Virus record (IMG/VR): IMGVR_UViG_3300045988_113151
Reading direction: 5' to 3' (one strand)
Length of the DNA stretch: 64,000 nt
DNA from: a virus
The notes under the pieces are model-generated. The model was not told where the DNA came from. It searched no databases and saw nothing but the letters and a program-made list of their open reading frames with translations. This document shows, piece after piece, positions 1 through 10,410 of the stretch; the first letter of the stretch is position 1; each line of letters opens with the position of its first letter. A program made the translations under genes and the position numbers.

Positions 1-2
1 TG

Positions 3-293
3 TTAATAAATTATATTATTACCAGTTCCTTTAGTTCCTGCTAATAATACTCCTGTTGTATTACTAGTAGTAGTGTTAAAATAGTTAATTATTCTTTTTC
101 TAAAAATACTATCACTTTTAGTTTCATATATAGTACTAGGTAAATTTAGTTCACCATTTTCCTTAAATATACTTCGCTCATTCCATCCATCCCACTCTAG
201 ATTATATACTTGATTAGGTATTAATTCATATTCATTACCTTTAGGTACAACAAATATTTCTTTACCTATCTTAACAAATTCTTTTTTATTCAT
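3..293 (-). CDS. hypothetical protein, 96 aa
   Basis: Complete ATG-to-TAA ORF, co-oriented and tightly packed with neighbouring leftward genes. No recognisable motif. Confidence 0.4.
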   Translation of the reverse strand: MNKKEFVKIGKEIFVVPKGNEYELIPNQVYNLEWDGWNERSIFKENGELNLPSTIYETKSDSIFRKRIINYFNTTTSNTTGVLLAGTKGTGNNIIY

Positions 294-296
294 ATA

Positions 297-671
297 TTAT
301 GATTTTAGTATATTAATTAAATTATCAACATCTTTATTATTGCGAACTATATAAAATTTAGTATTTGGTTCATTTAGACTTAAATAATATTTAAATAGTT
401 TTTCCCTATTTGCCCAAGCGTCATTAGGGTATCCTTTACATTCAATAACAAAGTCTTTTCCTACAAAGTCAGGTAAATAAGTAATAGCTCTAATCTTAGA
501 GCTATTATAAATAAAAGCTGGTAGCAAAGTATATCTATGTAATTCATAGTCTACTTTAATATCAGCTTCTTTTAATTTCTAGTACATATAAGCTTCTAGT
601 TTAGATCGAAATATTATTCCATCTATTTCTTGTTTAGTAGCATTACGTACTTTCTTATTTTGTTTTAACAT
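297..671 (-). CDS. DUF1064-like PD-(D/E)xK nuclease, 124 aa if an in-frame TAG is read through
   Basis: The track ORF 297..527 carries YLPDF...IECKG, typical of DUF1064 nucleases. The same frame continues upstream across one TAG (plus-strand cta at 579-581) to ATG at 669-671. This adds the expected N-terminal IDGIIFRSKLEAYMY segment. Confidence 0.6.
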
Positions 672-972
672 ATTTTACAGAATGAGTAAGATTTCCCTTA
701 AAAAGAGCAAAATGTTCCAACCGTTCATAATATTTTCCTTCTTTAGTATAACCAACAGTTATTAAAAATGAATAATCTTTTCCATTACGAAATGAATTAA
801 ATAATGCTGATATAGAACTACCTAAAAACTTACGTTTTTGGTTCCATTCAGTAAATTCACCACTTAATATTTTACTAATAATAGTAGCAGGAAGTAACAA
901 TATTTTTCCTAGGATAACAGTTAAGTCAAAAGGTATAGCTAATATTTTACCTATAGTTTTTAATAGTTTCAT
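655..972 (-). CDS. hypothetical protein with hydrophobic N-terminus
   Basis: ORF track; co-oriented, with short overlaps with both neighbours. Confidence 0.35.
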   Translation of the reverse strand: MKLLKTIGKILAIPFDLTVILGKILLLPATIISKILSGEFTEWNQKRKFLGSSISALFNSFRNGKDYSFLITVGYTKEGKYYERLEHFALFKGNLTHSVKYVKTK

Positions 973-1918
973 ATAACCAATTTTTTATGTTTTCAAATCC
1001 ATTTAATTTTATAGCATCAGATATATCCTTTGCATTCCATTTCTTATGCACTAATAGTGGTTTTAAACCTGTTTTAAGGCTTATTTTACGAAGATATTTA
1101 ATTCCAGCTGTATCTCTATCAAAACATATTAAAATGTGTTTAAAACGCTTCTTAAGGTTATCTAGAACATCATCTGGAATAAATGTAGATTCTGATGCTG
1201 GAGAAATAGCAGATATACCCATTTCATACAAACACATAACATCTTTTAGTGATTTAGTAATTATGAGTAGATTATCAGTTTTAGGCAACTGTTTAAATCC
1301 TTGTATATCATACTGTCCTAAATTATTTCTCCATTTAGTATATTTATCTGCTAAAGGTCTGTATATTTTAAAGTTATTATAAACTTTATAAGCATACATG
1401 GGATTTTCTTTTTTATAAATCCCTTTCACTATACCATTGCAGAGATAATATTTAATACTATTTACATTAAATTTCTTTAGTGTGTCGATACAGATATTAA
1501 ATTGCGACCAGTAATTGATGTCTTCAGCTGTAAAATCTTGCCGAACTACACCAATTACTGTTTCTGTTGACGCTATATATTGCTTAGAGCTAACGAGTTT
1601 GGTATCGCTAGTAATTTTAAGTTTGTCTACTATGTCTAGTAATATATCATTATAATTGATTATTCCAGTATATAATGACACAAACTTTATAACATTACCG
1701 CAATCACCTGTTCCATGATCTTTAAAAAGTAGTTGTTTTGTACGTTTAGAATAGAATATCCCAAATGAAGGATTTTTATCCTTTCTAAATGGACTATTAT
1801 AAATCATACCTACTTTAAATTGACCTAAATAATGAGCATATATATCATACTCTGTTACTCTAGATAATATCCAATCTAAAGTAATATCGCTAAGTTTAGC
1901 TTTTTCTTTATCGTACAT
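947..1918 (-). CDS. DNA primase (DnaG-like N-terminal region plus TOPRIM)
   Basis: SPFRKDKNPSFGIF...GDCGNVIKFV resembles a degenerate DnaG zinc-binding region. ILICFDRDTAGIKY is a TOPRIM-type acidic motif. The gene sits in the replication module. Confidence 0.75.
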   Translation of the reverse strand: MYDKEKAKLSDITLDWILSRVTEYDIYAHYLGQFKVGMIYNSPFRKDKNPSFGIFYSKRTKQLLFKDHGTGDCGNVIKFVSLYTGIINYNDILLDIVDKLKITSDTKLVSSKQYIASTETVIGVVRQDFTAEDINYWSQFNICIDTLKKFNVNSIKYYLCNGIVKGIYKKENPMYAYKVYNNFKIYRPLADKYTKWRNNLGQYDIQGFKQLPKTDNLLIITKSLKDVMCLYEMGISAISPASESTFIPDDVLDNLKKRFKHILICFDRDTAGIKYLRKISLKTGLKPLLVHKKWNAKDISDAIKLNGFENIKNWLYETIKNYR

Positions 1919-1938
1919 ATGCTTTCTGATTTTGTTTG

Positions 1939-1992
1939 TCTAAGTAAAAGGACTCGAACCTTTTGATGTAGCCTTATTCTACAGTTACTTAG
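1939..1992 (-). ncRNA. tRNA-like minihelix lacking a D arm
   Basis: Minus sense: 7-bp acceptor CTAAGTA/TACTTAG, stem TGTAG/CTACA with loop AATAAGG, canonical T arm AAAGG-TTCGAGT-CCTTT. Only 2 nt lie where the D arm should be, and there is no U33. Confidence 0.25.
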
Positions 1993-2090
1993 TAATAACG
2001 TGTGCCTAATTTTAGGCACACTTATCAATTCCTAAAAACGAGGCTATTTCTAGCTTACGTAAATATTACTTTTTTCTAAATTTTTTTAGT

Positions 2091-2711
2091 TTAGAAAGGT
2101 AGATCGTCTTCTTGCTTACTTAAAGCATCTTCTGCTTCTGCTGGAGATGACATGGTAGCTTGTAACGGATCTACCTGCTTTTCTGCATCTGCTTCAATAG
2201 GTTTAGTAAATTGGTCAATACCTAAAGCTACAATAGCAGAACTTTGTCCTTCTGGAAGTTCCATTGGTTCAATAAATGTATATGTTGAATGTCCAGGTAA
2301 AGTAGTATAACCATTTCTGTTATATACTACTTTAACACGTAATAAAGTATCTTTATTTGCATTATTCAACATATCTACGATAAATTGAGCAAATTCTTCA
2401 AATGAAGATCCAGTAAAGTTAATTTCTTCATCTTTATAGAAACACCAAAGAATTTGTAACATACGCTTAAACTGTCGATTTTCAGCTTGTTGTAAGTCTT
2501 CGTCTGTTACTATATATTGTCCTTTCTTAGGTTTCCATTCAGTGTGTTTCAAAGTAGCTCCATCTTTTTCAAAAGTAATCTCTAAAAAGGTTAAACCTGT
2601 AGGACTTACTTCAGTACGAGCTGATTTTAATTTTACATTTTCTTGAATACCTGCACCAATATATTTAATATCTTTTGTTTCAATGCTTTTTGCTAATTCC
2701 TTGTTATACAT
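2091..2711 (-). CDS. ssDNA-binding-protein-like
   Basis: Acidic C-terminal tail ending EDDLPF, like the bacterial SSB DDDIPF tip. Located between the primase and the recombination ATPase. Confidence 0.5.
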   Translation of the reverse strand: MYNKELAKSIETKDIKYIGAGIQENVKLKSARTEVSPTGLTFLEITFEKDGATLKHTEWKPKKGQYIVTDEDLQQAENRQFKRMLQILWCFYKDEEINFTGSSFEEFAQFIVDMLNNANKDTLLRVKVVYNRNGYTTLPGHSTYTFIEPMELPEGQSSAIVALGIDQFTKPIEADAEKQVDPLQATMSSPAEAEDALSKQEDDLPF

Positions 2712-2724
2712 AACTTTCTAATTT

Positions 2725-3135
2725 TTAAGCTGCTAAATAAATTTTATCCCAATACGTTTTAATGTTATTGTTTTCATCACTATCAGCAATAACAATTTTT
2801 TGTCCTCTTAAATGAGGAGCTCTAGCTTCTCTTACAGAGTTATCTCCACCTTCAAATGAAATAATAGTTTCATTCTTTTTACGATAGACATAACCTACTG
2901 CATCAGCTTCACCACAGACAATATCTCCTAGTCTTCCAACTAAGTCTATAGCCATTTCAGTTAATTCTTCTCCTTCCTTGTTAATCATTTTATCTTTAGT
3001 ATGACCAACAAGAATAAAGTTATCACATAAGTCTTTAAACATATTAATAACTTTTTTAACTGCTTCTCTTAGATATAGATATCCAGAACCATTAGGTAAT
3101 TGTCTAACATCAGTTCCAGTATATGTCTTCCCCAT
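2725..3135 (-). CDS. Sak4/AAA_24-like ATPase, C-terminal exon
   Basis: The sequence continues the AAA_24 fold begun in 3988..4305 (FILVGHTKDK, then the C-terminal domain). The frame stays open about 14 codons upstream of the listed Met. Confidence 0.6.
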   Translation of the reverse strand: MGKTYTGTDVRQLPNGSGYLYLREAVKKVINMFKDLCDNFILVGHTKDKMINKEGEELTEMAIDLVGRLGDIVCGEADAVGYVYRKKNETIISFEGGDNSVREARAPHLRGQKIVIADSDENNNIKTYWDKIYLAA

Positions 3136-3987
3136 TGGGGTTTGGCGATCTTTGTATTCTGTATAAGACGCAACTCTTATACACGTTCTCTTATGAACTG
3201 CTATATGTCACCATATAGAATAGACTATATCATCTCCTTTTACCTTAAGCGGCAGTCAGGAGTTCCCCGTTTCCATTACCATTAGCTTGTAATGTACTCT
3301 CTTTCGAGATAGTCGTTGAACTTTCATTATGAAAATTGTTATAAATTTGTTCTACTTTTTGTAAAAATAAATCTTTTTCAAATTTATTTTTCATTATATT
3401 GCAATACTTACAACAAGAAACACAGTTTTCTATAGTATAATCTTTTTTAGAATTTACTCTATCTATTCCAAATGCTCGTGGACAATTACAGTAATAACAG
3501 TTATTAGATAATAACTGCTTCATTTGTTCATCTGTAAGTTTTATAAGATAGCCTCTAGATTTAGCATTACTTTTAATACTATTTATCTTATCTCTATAAG
3601 ACTTAGTACTAGAAATTTTATATTTATTTTCAGCTGTTTCTTTTTGTCTATCTATAACGCAATTTGAACAAGATACTGGTATATAAGTTCTACTTTTAGA
3701 AAATCTATCAGCTCGTACAACTGTAAATTTTCCGCATCTATTGCATTTACATTTGAAATAACTTCTTTTAATTTGTTTTTCTTTATCGTAAGTTTCATGA
3801 TCTAACTCTATTATAGTTAGACATCCTACGGTAATTCCAATATATTTATCTAACGTTTCTTTTTTCATAATGCTTAGCTTCTGATTGTTTTTACCACTAT
3901 GTGTATATAACGTATGTAGTGGTAAAAATGTTCCAGAAATTAAGGGAATTTTTCGATAAGATTTTCATCTTAAAGCTCCAATTATTT
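3136..3987 (-). mobile_element. putative group I intron carrying an HNH homing endonuclease gene (boundaries approximate)
   Basis: It separates two halves of one ATPase family member and contains a free-standing HNH ORF. Flanking non-coding parts hold stable hairpins (3891-3925, 3161-3182). Confidence 0.5.
3245..3868 (-). CDS. HNH homing endonuclease
   Basis: CYYCNCPRAFGIDRVNSKKDYTIENCVSCCKYCNIMKN is a beta-beta-alpha-Me/HNH motif. There is an N-terminal Cys-rich zinc-finger-like region. Confidence 0.75.
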   Translation of the reverse strand: MKKETLDKYIGITVGCLTIIELDHETYDKEKQIKRSYFKCKCNRCGKFTVVRADRFSKSRTYIPVSCSNCVIDRQKETAENKYKISSTKSYRDKINSIKSNAKSRGYLIKLTDEQMKQLLSNNCYYCNCPRAFGIDRVNSKKDYTIENCVSCCKYCNIMKNKFEKDLFLQKVEQIYNNFHNESSTTISKESTLQANGNGNGELLTAA

Positions 3988-4305
3988 TTAGAGAGTCGCT
4001 GCATACGGCAGACACATTTCCTCTAATCTAGTAGCATTATCAATAGCTATATACTTATAAGGATTTGTGCCTGTTTCTTTAATCTTAGCTCTAATTGCAT
4101 TAGCAATTTCTCCAAGATCAGCTACACTCCTAGCTTGTACAGATAGAGCTTCAAGAAACTCAGAACCACCCTCTAAATCTACTATTAGACAGTTATCTAA
4201 TGTAGATAATAGAGTAGTCTTTCCTGATTTTGGTTTACCAAAAATAATTAAAAATCTAGGATTTTGTACTTTTGGTTTATTTTTTTCTGTAGGTAGTACT
4301 AACAT
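3988..4305 (-). CDS. Sak4/AAA_24-like ATPase, N-terminal exon
   Basis: Walker A GKPKSGKTT, then LIVDLEGG and YKYIAIDNATRLEE as in AAA_24 proteins. The ORF stops after the Walker B-like region. Confidence 0.65.
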   Translation of the reverse strand: MLVLPTEKNKPKVQNPRFLIIFGKPKSGKTTLLSTLDNCLIVDLEGGSEFLEALSVQARSVADLGEIANAIRAKIKETGTNPYKYIAIDNATRLEEMCLPYAATL

Positions 4306-4381
4306 ATTTTTATTATTAGTACTTTACTTAGCAATGATATTATTCTGATATTTTATGATAGTATAAGTAAAGCAAGGTTTA

Positions 4382-4936
4382 TTATGCTGCAATATTAATA
4401 TTAATGTTAATAATAACATTATTAATAGTTTCTTTTTGTTTTTCACTTAAGTTCTTAGGTAAGATATAATAATTACCATATTTAGGAACATAAGTATTAC
4501 CAACTTGAACAAAGTTCTGATAGAAACGAACAGGTACACCAAGCCATTTAAAATCATAACCTTTATCAAAGTTACCATTTACCGATTTAGCATAGTCATC
4601 AAGTTTCTTCATAGCTATATCAAATTGGTCAAGAAGATTATATTTTTCATACTTATAGACACTATTAAATGGACAAGTATAGCATGGCATATCTGCGCAA
4701 GGACATGTCCAAGACGATGGACGTAATGCAGATACGTGATATTTAGGAGAGATACCAAATGCAATATAGTCATTAGGACCTGCATATTGCATACTAGTTT
4801 GTTCATTTTTAGGACCATCTATACCATCCATAGTTAAGTATGGATATTTATTAGCAATTGTATTAATCAAGAAATTCTTCAATTCACCTGTTTTATCGTA
4901 TTTCTTTTCCGGAAGTTCAATCAAAAATTGTTTCAT
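4382..4936 (-). CDS. hypothetical protein, 184 aa
   Basis: ORF track; Cys cluster CPCADMPCYTCPF; ends in Ala-Ala. Confidence 0.5.
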   Translation of the reverse strand: MKQFLIELPEKKYDKTGELKNFLINTIANKYPYLTMDGIDGPKNEQTSMQYAGPNDYIAFGISPKYHVSALRPSSWTCPCADMPCYTCPFNSVYKYEKYNLLDQFDIAMKKLDDYAKSVNGNFDKGYDFKWLGVPVRFYQNFVQVGNTYVPKYGNYYILPKNLSEKQKETINNVIINININIAA

Positions 4937-4947
4937 AATTTCAGCCT

Positions 4948-5898
4948 TTAAATTTTTTTAAAAATAACTTTTTCTTTATTTACTTCTGCGTTTGTTTCAA
5001 TCAAGTTACCGTATTTTAGTTCATTATCAAATGCTAATATGCAAGGTTCTCCAGCATCTCTTACTTTTAAGAAATGTAGATATACTTTATTTTTTACAGG
5101 TAAACGATTAACACCATAAATTGCTAACCCCAGCAATTCTGGTCTTGATAATGCCATAACAAAGTCACTAGCTTGAAATATAGCATCAGAAGCTGCTAAG
5201 TCACTCCTCATCGGATAATGGCTACTTGGATTATTAAGTCTATCAGGTTGTTCAATATTTCGATTCATCTGTGAAATCTGTATTATACTAGTAAAAGATA
5301 ATTTCTTCATTCGTATAAACATTTTCTGTAAATCTACTATTGTACCTCTTTCACTATCTCCTTCGACAAGAAGAGCATGGTCTAATATTATAATTAACCA
5401 CTTGTCTTTTGCAATATTATCGTGAAAGTATTTTATAGTTTCTTCTATCTTTTCTACACTGCAAGGAGTATCTACATAATATATTGGATACTTCTTAATA
5501 GATTCTACTGTAGTTTTTACCTTAGTAAAATCTTCATCAGATAAATCTGCTTCAGCACTATATAATTCTGAAGTTGTTTTTCGTAACTTATTACTTAGTT
5601 TTCTACCTATTTGTCTATAACTAAGCATTTCGAAACTAAAACTGAGAATAACTATATCCTGATCAGAATTAAGGTCAATTAAATCAGTTTCTAATGTATT
5701 AGCAAATGCTGATTTACCAGAACCAGAACCTCCTGCTATTGTTAATATCATATTTGGTTCGATTCCGCCACACGTAACTCTATTGAATTTACTCCAACGA
5801 GTCTTTAGTGGTACTATAGTATGGTTTTTCCTATTTTCTATATATTTAACAGATTCATCTGCTACTTGAGAAATAGTTTTAAATAATATTGGCTCCAT
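4948..5898 (-). CDS. DnaB-like replicative helicase (RecA-fold domain)
   Basis: Walker A GGSGSGKS, Walker B IIILDHALL, DnaB H3-like QISQMNR, and H4-like MRSDLAASDAIFQASDFVMALSR. Confidence 0.8.
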   Translation of the reverse strand: MEPILFKTISQVADESVKYIENRKNHTIVPLKTRWSKFNRVTCGGIEPNMILTIAGGSGSGKSAFANTLETDLIDLNSDQDIVILSFSFEMLSYRQIGRKLSNKLRKTTSELYSAEADLSDEDFTKVKTTVESIKKYPIYYVDTPCSVEKIEETIKYFHDNIAKDKWLIIILDHALLVEGDSERGTIVDLQKMFIRMKKLSFTSIIQISQMNRNIEQPDRLNNPSSHYPMRSDLAASDAIFQASDFVMALSRPELLGLAIYGVNRLPVKNKVYLHFLKVRDAGEPCILAFDNELKYGNLIETNAEVNKEKVIFKKI

Positions 5899-6454
5899 AA
5901 GCTATTTCATTATTTATATCTTGTTCCATACTAAATTGCATTTCTTCTTCAGTAACTTCCCACTCTCGTTGAGTGAGCCATTTCCACATTGTTTTCATAT
6001 ATCCTATTTTACCAGTTATCATCTTATTATCAATTTCAAACTGAAGACATTTGATTAAATGTTCATGCATTGCTCTAGATTTTCCGACAATCCTATTGTA
6101 TTCCTTTCTACATTTGTTAATATTAGAACGTAGGAATCCTTTAGTACCATCAGGTCTAGTAACATACACTGGAAATACTTCATAGAATTCATCAAACCAA
6201 GATTTATCTTGTTTAAGACGTTTTCTTGTATCTTCTGAAATACTATAAATTTTACTATCACCAGAAGTTATAACTGTGATAATGTTACTGTCGACTAACT
6301 CTTGAATTTCGTTCTCACTAATTCGGCTGAGAAATTGGTGAATGTCTTGATTATTACTTTGATTCTCATTCAAAACAAGAGTTAGAAATACTAATTGATT
6401 AATTGACATTTTTCCATAAATGTCGAATAACGATGTATCTAATTCTAGTATCAT
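5879..6454 (-). CDS. hypothetical protein in the replication module
   Basis: ORF track; lies between the polymerase and helicase genes. Confidence 0.45.
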   Translation of the reverse strand: MILELDTSLFDIYGKMSINQLVFLTLVLNENQSNNQDIHQFLSRISENEIQELVDSNIITVITSGDSKIYSISEDTRKRLKQDKSWFDEFYEVFPVYVTRPDGTKGFLRSNINKCRKEYNRIVGKSRAMHEHLIKCLQFEIDNKMITGKIGYMKTMWKWLTQREWEVTEEEMQFSMEQDINNEIAYGANII

Positions 6455-6503
6455 AATATAGTTTTATTTTTATGAGCTAGCTGATATCATCTGAAAATAT
6501 TTG

Positions 6504-8513
6504 TTAAAATAAGCTCAACTGTTTAGGTTCAAGCTCTTCTATTATCTTAAGGCACTCTTTTAAATAGTACCGATAATTAATCTTTCTTTCTTCTATAGGT
6601 TTGTTATCAAATTTGTTTAATATAGTAATACCAGATGCCGTTAATAGATTAGTAAAATTAGTTCTTCTACCTTCAGAATCTACTAAACATTTATATAAAT
6701 AAGGACCATTAGTAGATGCATAAAACCTATTTATACGTTGTATAAGGTTATTATTATATTCTACAGAGAACTTCTTATCTACTTTCTGGTAAGTGAGAAA
6801 CTTATTAATATCTTTACAATTATAAATAGTATCTCTTACTGGTATATTATCAACAAAATAATCTCTAATTGCTTCAGGAATTATCTTAGGAGACATACCT
6901 TTGCCGAGTAATACTTTAGTAATAAACATACCTTTTTCTTTTATATAATCATCTTTAATTGCATCTAAAGATGTATAAGGTTTGCCTTTTTTATTTAAAG
7001 CTTTTTCAGGATTTGTTTTAAATAGTTTCTTCATTTCCTGATATCCTTCAGATACTGCTATATAATCATTAATAGCATACTGATACATAGCTTCAAAACG
7101 GTCTTCTTCTAATACAAGTTTAGTTTGTTGTTCCCAACTTCTACATATTTCTTGTACTTTACTATAATAATCTTTTTTAAGTAATACAAATAGACCATCT
7201 GTGTTAGCTTGTACTATTCTACAACCTATATCTGTTAATGATTCAGCTAACATAAGTAATAACAGCTGACCATTAATTCGGATTTGCATAACTGCAAATG
7301 GACTATAACAAAAGTTATGTTCATTTTGTAAGTTACCACTTAATCCATTTAAAGCTAATTTTAAGGTTTCGTTTTTAACTTTATTACCTGTATGTTTAGC
7401 TTCAATTCGTTCGTTCTTAATCTGTGAATATACTTCTAAGAACTCTGGACCTAAATGTTTAGGATAAAACTTATATTCTATTAGCATACTAGGATATAGA
7501 GATGCAACGTCAATGTCTATTAACATTTCATCTTCCTTAGGAATAATTATTTCTGGATTATTTACAGAATGTATTCCTCCAACTCCTACTGAATATCTTA
7601 AACCTCTAAATACAAACTTATTTTCGTATCCTTTTCTTCCTGGAGAAACTATTTGTTTCTTCATATCAGATAATACATTTTTTAGTATAGGATCTCTATA
7701 TTCAATAAAAGGTAATATTACTTCATTTAGTGCTATAACATCTGCTGGACTTCTTAAATCTTTAATATCCCACCAAGTTAAACCTGTTTTTTCGAGATAC
7801 TTTTGAGTTAAGATTTTCATGCCAATATTTACACCATCTTTACTTAATACTCTTACTCCATATTCATCTTCAATTGCTATTCTTAATTCAACTTTATCTT
7901 TACATTTATTTAGTAATGCTTCAGTTGAATCTACATCATTTATATTATATTCAATCATTTCATCAATTAAATCTGTATCTAGAGGTTTTGTCCAATCATG
8001 AGCAAACTCTAATACATTTTTGTATTGCATAGTTACTTGTATTTCTTTTAGACCTACACGTAACTTTTGAGAATATAACATAGTAAGAATATCAAATGTT
8101 TCAAAATTAACAGCATATTTCCACCTTTTCCAAGCAGATATATCGTCAGAAGTAGTTATAATTTTACTTAGGTTATATAAACTATCACAAATTCTTAGAT
8201 AGTTCATATTAATCATTTTATCGTAATAACTTATTATATAATTTATAATAGCATTATCATAATGAAGATTATTATACCCAGCAAATATTTTATTAGTATT
8301 AAATTGTATATCTGTAGTATATATATCATTCCAACTATAAGAATTATTTCTTATAGTATAGAAGAAATCTACAAGTTGTCTTAACTCATTTTTTCTACAT
8401 GATATTTCAAATTTATAATATTGTCCAGTTTCTGTATTTTTAGCAGTACAATGAAACACATTTTGGAAGACTTCGATATCATATACATATACTGTTTTTC
8501 CTCTTATCTTCAT
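6504..8513 (-). CDS. family B DNA polymerase
   Basis: Exo motifs YDIEVF, YNNLHYDNAII and YNINDVDSTEAL; polymerase motifs DIDVASLYPS, KLALNGLSGNL and QANTDG. The start is set at the second Met (8511-8513) because the first overlaps the tRNA. Confidence 0.85.
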   Translation of the reverse strand: MKIRGKTVYVYDIEVFQNVFHCTAKNTETGQYYKFEISCRKNELRQLVDFFYTIRNNSYSWNDIYTTDIQFNTNKIFAGYNNLHYDNAIINYIISYYDKMINMNYLRICDSLYNLSKIITTSDDISAWKRWKYAVNFETFDILTMLYSQKLRVGLKEIQVTMQYKNVLEFAHDWTKPLDTDLIDEMIEYNINDVDSTEALLNKCKDKVELRIAIEDEYGVRVLSKDGVNIGMKILTQKYLEKTGLTWWDIKDLRSPADVIALNEVILPFIEYRDPILKNVLSDMKKQIVSPGRKGYENKFVFRGLRYSVGVGGIHSVNNPEIIIPKEDEMLIDIDVASLYPSMLIEYKFYPKHLGPEFLEVYSQIKNERIEAKHTGNKVKNETLKLALNGLSGNLQNEHNFCYSPFAVMQIRINGQLLLLMLAESLTDIGCRIVQANTDGLFVLLKKDYYSKVQEICRSWEQQTKLVLEEDRFEAMYQYAINDYIAVSEGYQEMKKLFKTNPEKALNKKGKPYTSLDAIKDDYIKEKGMFITKVLLGKGMSPKIIPEAIRDYFVDNIPVRDTIYNCKDINKFLTYQKVDKKFSVEYNNNLIQRINRFYASTNGPYLYKCLVDSEGRRTNFTNLLTASGITILNKFDNKPIEERKINYRYYLKECLKIIEELEPKQLSLF

Positions 8514-8530
8514 AAAATATAGTTTTATAG

Positions 8531-8604
8531 TGATTCTATTGCGATTCGAACGCAAAACCTACACTTTAGAAGAGTGTTGCTCTATCCAATTGAGCTATAG
8601 AATC
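8531..8604 (-). tRNA. tRNA-Arg (anticodon UCU)
   Basis: Hand-folded cloverleaf: acceptor GATTCTA/TAGAATC, D arm GCTC-AATTGGATA-GAGC, anticodon arm ACACT-CTTCTAA-AGTGT, T arm TTGCG-TTCGAAT-CGCAA. Confidence 0.8.
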
Positions 8605-8642
8605 AAGTGAGGCATTAAAATTTATGCCTCGTATAAATTATT

Positions 8643-9647
8643 TTAAACTGCTTCTGCTGTGTAATAGTCAGGATATAAATTCTTAAGTTCTTTAAGTTTT
8701 ATTTCATAATCTTTTGATGAAGCAGTCCATCCAGTACATATTCGCAATAGTTGATCTGTAGCATTATCATAAATATTAATGCTAATAAAATCTTCTATTT
8801 TATCTACTAACTTAGCAGATAAAGCTGTTAATGAATCATGCAAATATGCTAAGGTTTTATTAGAATAATTCTTAACAAATACTACTGGTTTATGTTCTGA
8901 GTTAAATTTTCTGAACTCTAAACGATACTTAAATCTAGCTAGTTTCTTTTCTCGTATCGCTTTTATCAGTTTTTGTATTTTAGTTTCATGTGCAGATTCT
9001 TCTGCTGCATGCTTTAAATAGTTATTAGCTTTACCGTATTCTTCACTGTTCGAGACTAAATCTTTACGCCATAAACTAAATTCTCGGCTATCTAATTTAC
9101 TGAGTTTTAGTAATTTAGCAGAATCTCTTCTTTTCTTATTTTCAGATTGAATATTCATTTTATCAGCCTCATTTATAGCTGATTTTAAATATCGGATATC
9201 TTTTACTTTTGATATATTATTTTTAGTAGCAAAAGAAATATCTTTTAGTGTTGGCTGTCTTCTTATAGTTTTACTATAAGTTTTATTTTCAGTGTTAAAG
9301 TTAATAGTATAAGTAATTTTCTGATTAGCTAACGCAGCTTTTGCAGCTTTAGCTACAGTATTCCATTCAAAAACGATATCTGTCTTTGCTCCTTTACTTG
9401 GATTAGGTTTTGTAGTAACTATTTTAATTTTCTTATCAATAGTTTCTTCTTCTATTTCGTATAGTTCTTCTAATTTCTTATTCTTCTCCATCAAGGCATT
9501 TATCTTGCGATTACGATTTTCTGAATATCGTTTCATCTTTGCCTCATATCTTTCTAGAGGAGTTTTTACTGCTTTTTCCTGAATTACGAAATATTTTTCA
9601 CCTGTTTCTTTATTTCTTTTATTTAATTTGATAGTATATTTTTCCAT
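8643..9647 (-). CDS. hypothetical Lys-rich protein, 334 aa
   Basis: ORF track. Confidence 0.5.
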   Translation of the reverse strand: MEKYTIKLNKRNKETGEKYFVIQEKAVKTPLERYEAKMKRYSENRNRKINALMEKNKKLEELYEIEEETIDKKIKIVTTKPNPSKGAKTDIVFEWNTVAKAAKAALANQKITYTINFNTENKTYSKTIRRQPTLKDISFATKNNISKVKDIRYLKSAINEADKMNIQSENKKRRDSAKLLKLSKLDSREFSLWRKDLVSNSEEYGKANNYLKHAAEESAHETKIQKLIKAIREKKLARFKYRLEFRKFNSEHKPVVFVKNYSNKTLAYLHDSLTALSAKLVDKIEDFISINIYDNATDQLLRICTGWTASSKDYEIKLKELKNLYPDYYTAEAV

Positions 9648-9670
9648 ATTGATTACGAATTTTAATTAAT

Positions 9671-9707
9671 AAAAAAGTAGTTAGTAAGTAATATACCTAC
9701 TAACTAC
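9671..9707 (-). terminator. Rho-independent terminator
   Basis: 10-bp stem GTAGTTAGTA/TACTAACTAC, followed on the minus strand by a six-U run. It lies 37 nt downstream of the stop of 9744..10250. Confidence 0.6.
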
Positions 9708-9743
9708 TAACTACTAAAAATAAACACACAACAATAAAAACAA

Positions 9744-10250
9744 CTAAGCTGCCAAGCTTAAAGGAGCGATAGTATCATCAAACTCCGTTTCGTTATTAAA
9801 CTTTTCAAGTTTATTGTTCAATTCAATTATTTGTAAATCTAGTTCTTTAATACGTGCAAATTTCCAGTTAGAAGTAAAAATTTCTGTACGATTTAAATTT
9901 TTCTTACCTTTCTTTGCTTTAAGAACAGGATTTAATGTTCGAAAACTATTTGAACTAATTTTATTACGAATTTCTTTTAGCTCACATAGACGAAAAATGT
10001 CTAACTGATTACAATCTTTCGGTAAATCACTTAGTTTCTTAAGTCCCATATTAATAGCAAGTAACTTAAGTTTAATCAATGCACGCTTTTCAGCAAGCAT
10101 TTTGATTTCTTCAAATAAAACTTTTAGGTCATATTTACGCATATAGTTTTTATTTACTACATTTTCTGCATAAATAATGTCCCAATATTGTTTTAACTGA
10201 TATGATATATTATTACGTTCTTCTATAAAATTCTTTGATTTCTTTGTCAT
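9744..10250 (-). CDS. hypothetical protein, 168 aa, ends at TAG
   Basis: ORF track. The stop codon is TAG (plus cta 9744-9746), and the C-terminus is SLAA. Confidence 0.5.
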   Translation of the reverse strand: MTKKSKNFIEERNNISYQLKQYWDIIYAENVVNKNYMRKYDLKVLFEEIKMLAEKRALIKLKLLAINMGLKKLSDLPKDCNQLDIFRLCELKEIRNKISSNSFRTLNPVLKAKKGKKNLNRTEIFTSNWKFARIKELDLQIIELNNKLEKFNNETEFDDTIAPLSLAA

Positions 10251-10410
10251 ATATTTTGAGTTTTAATTGATTAGTACTAAAGTTATATAACATATTAGAA
10301 ATCGTTTACCTGTGCCGTGGTATCCATATTGAAATGGCAGCATAGTTCTTATTCTCCTAGCTTTCCAGTTATTCCCTATCAGTTACGGTAGGATTATTAC
10401 CACGATAATA

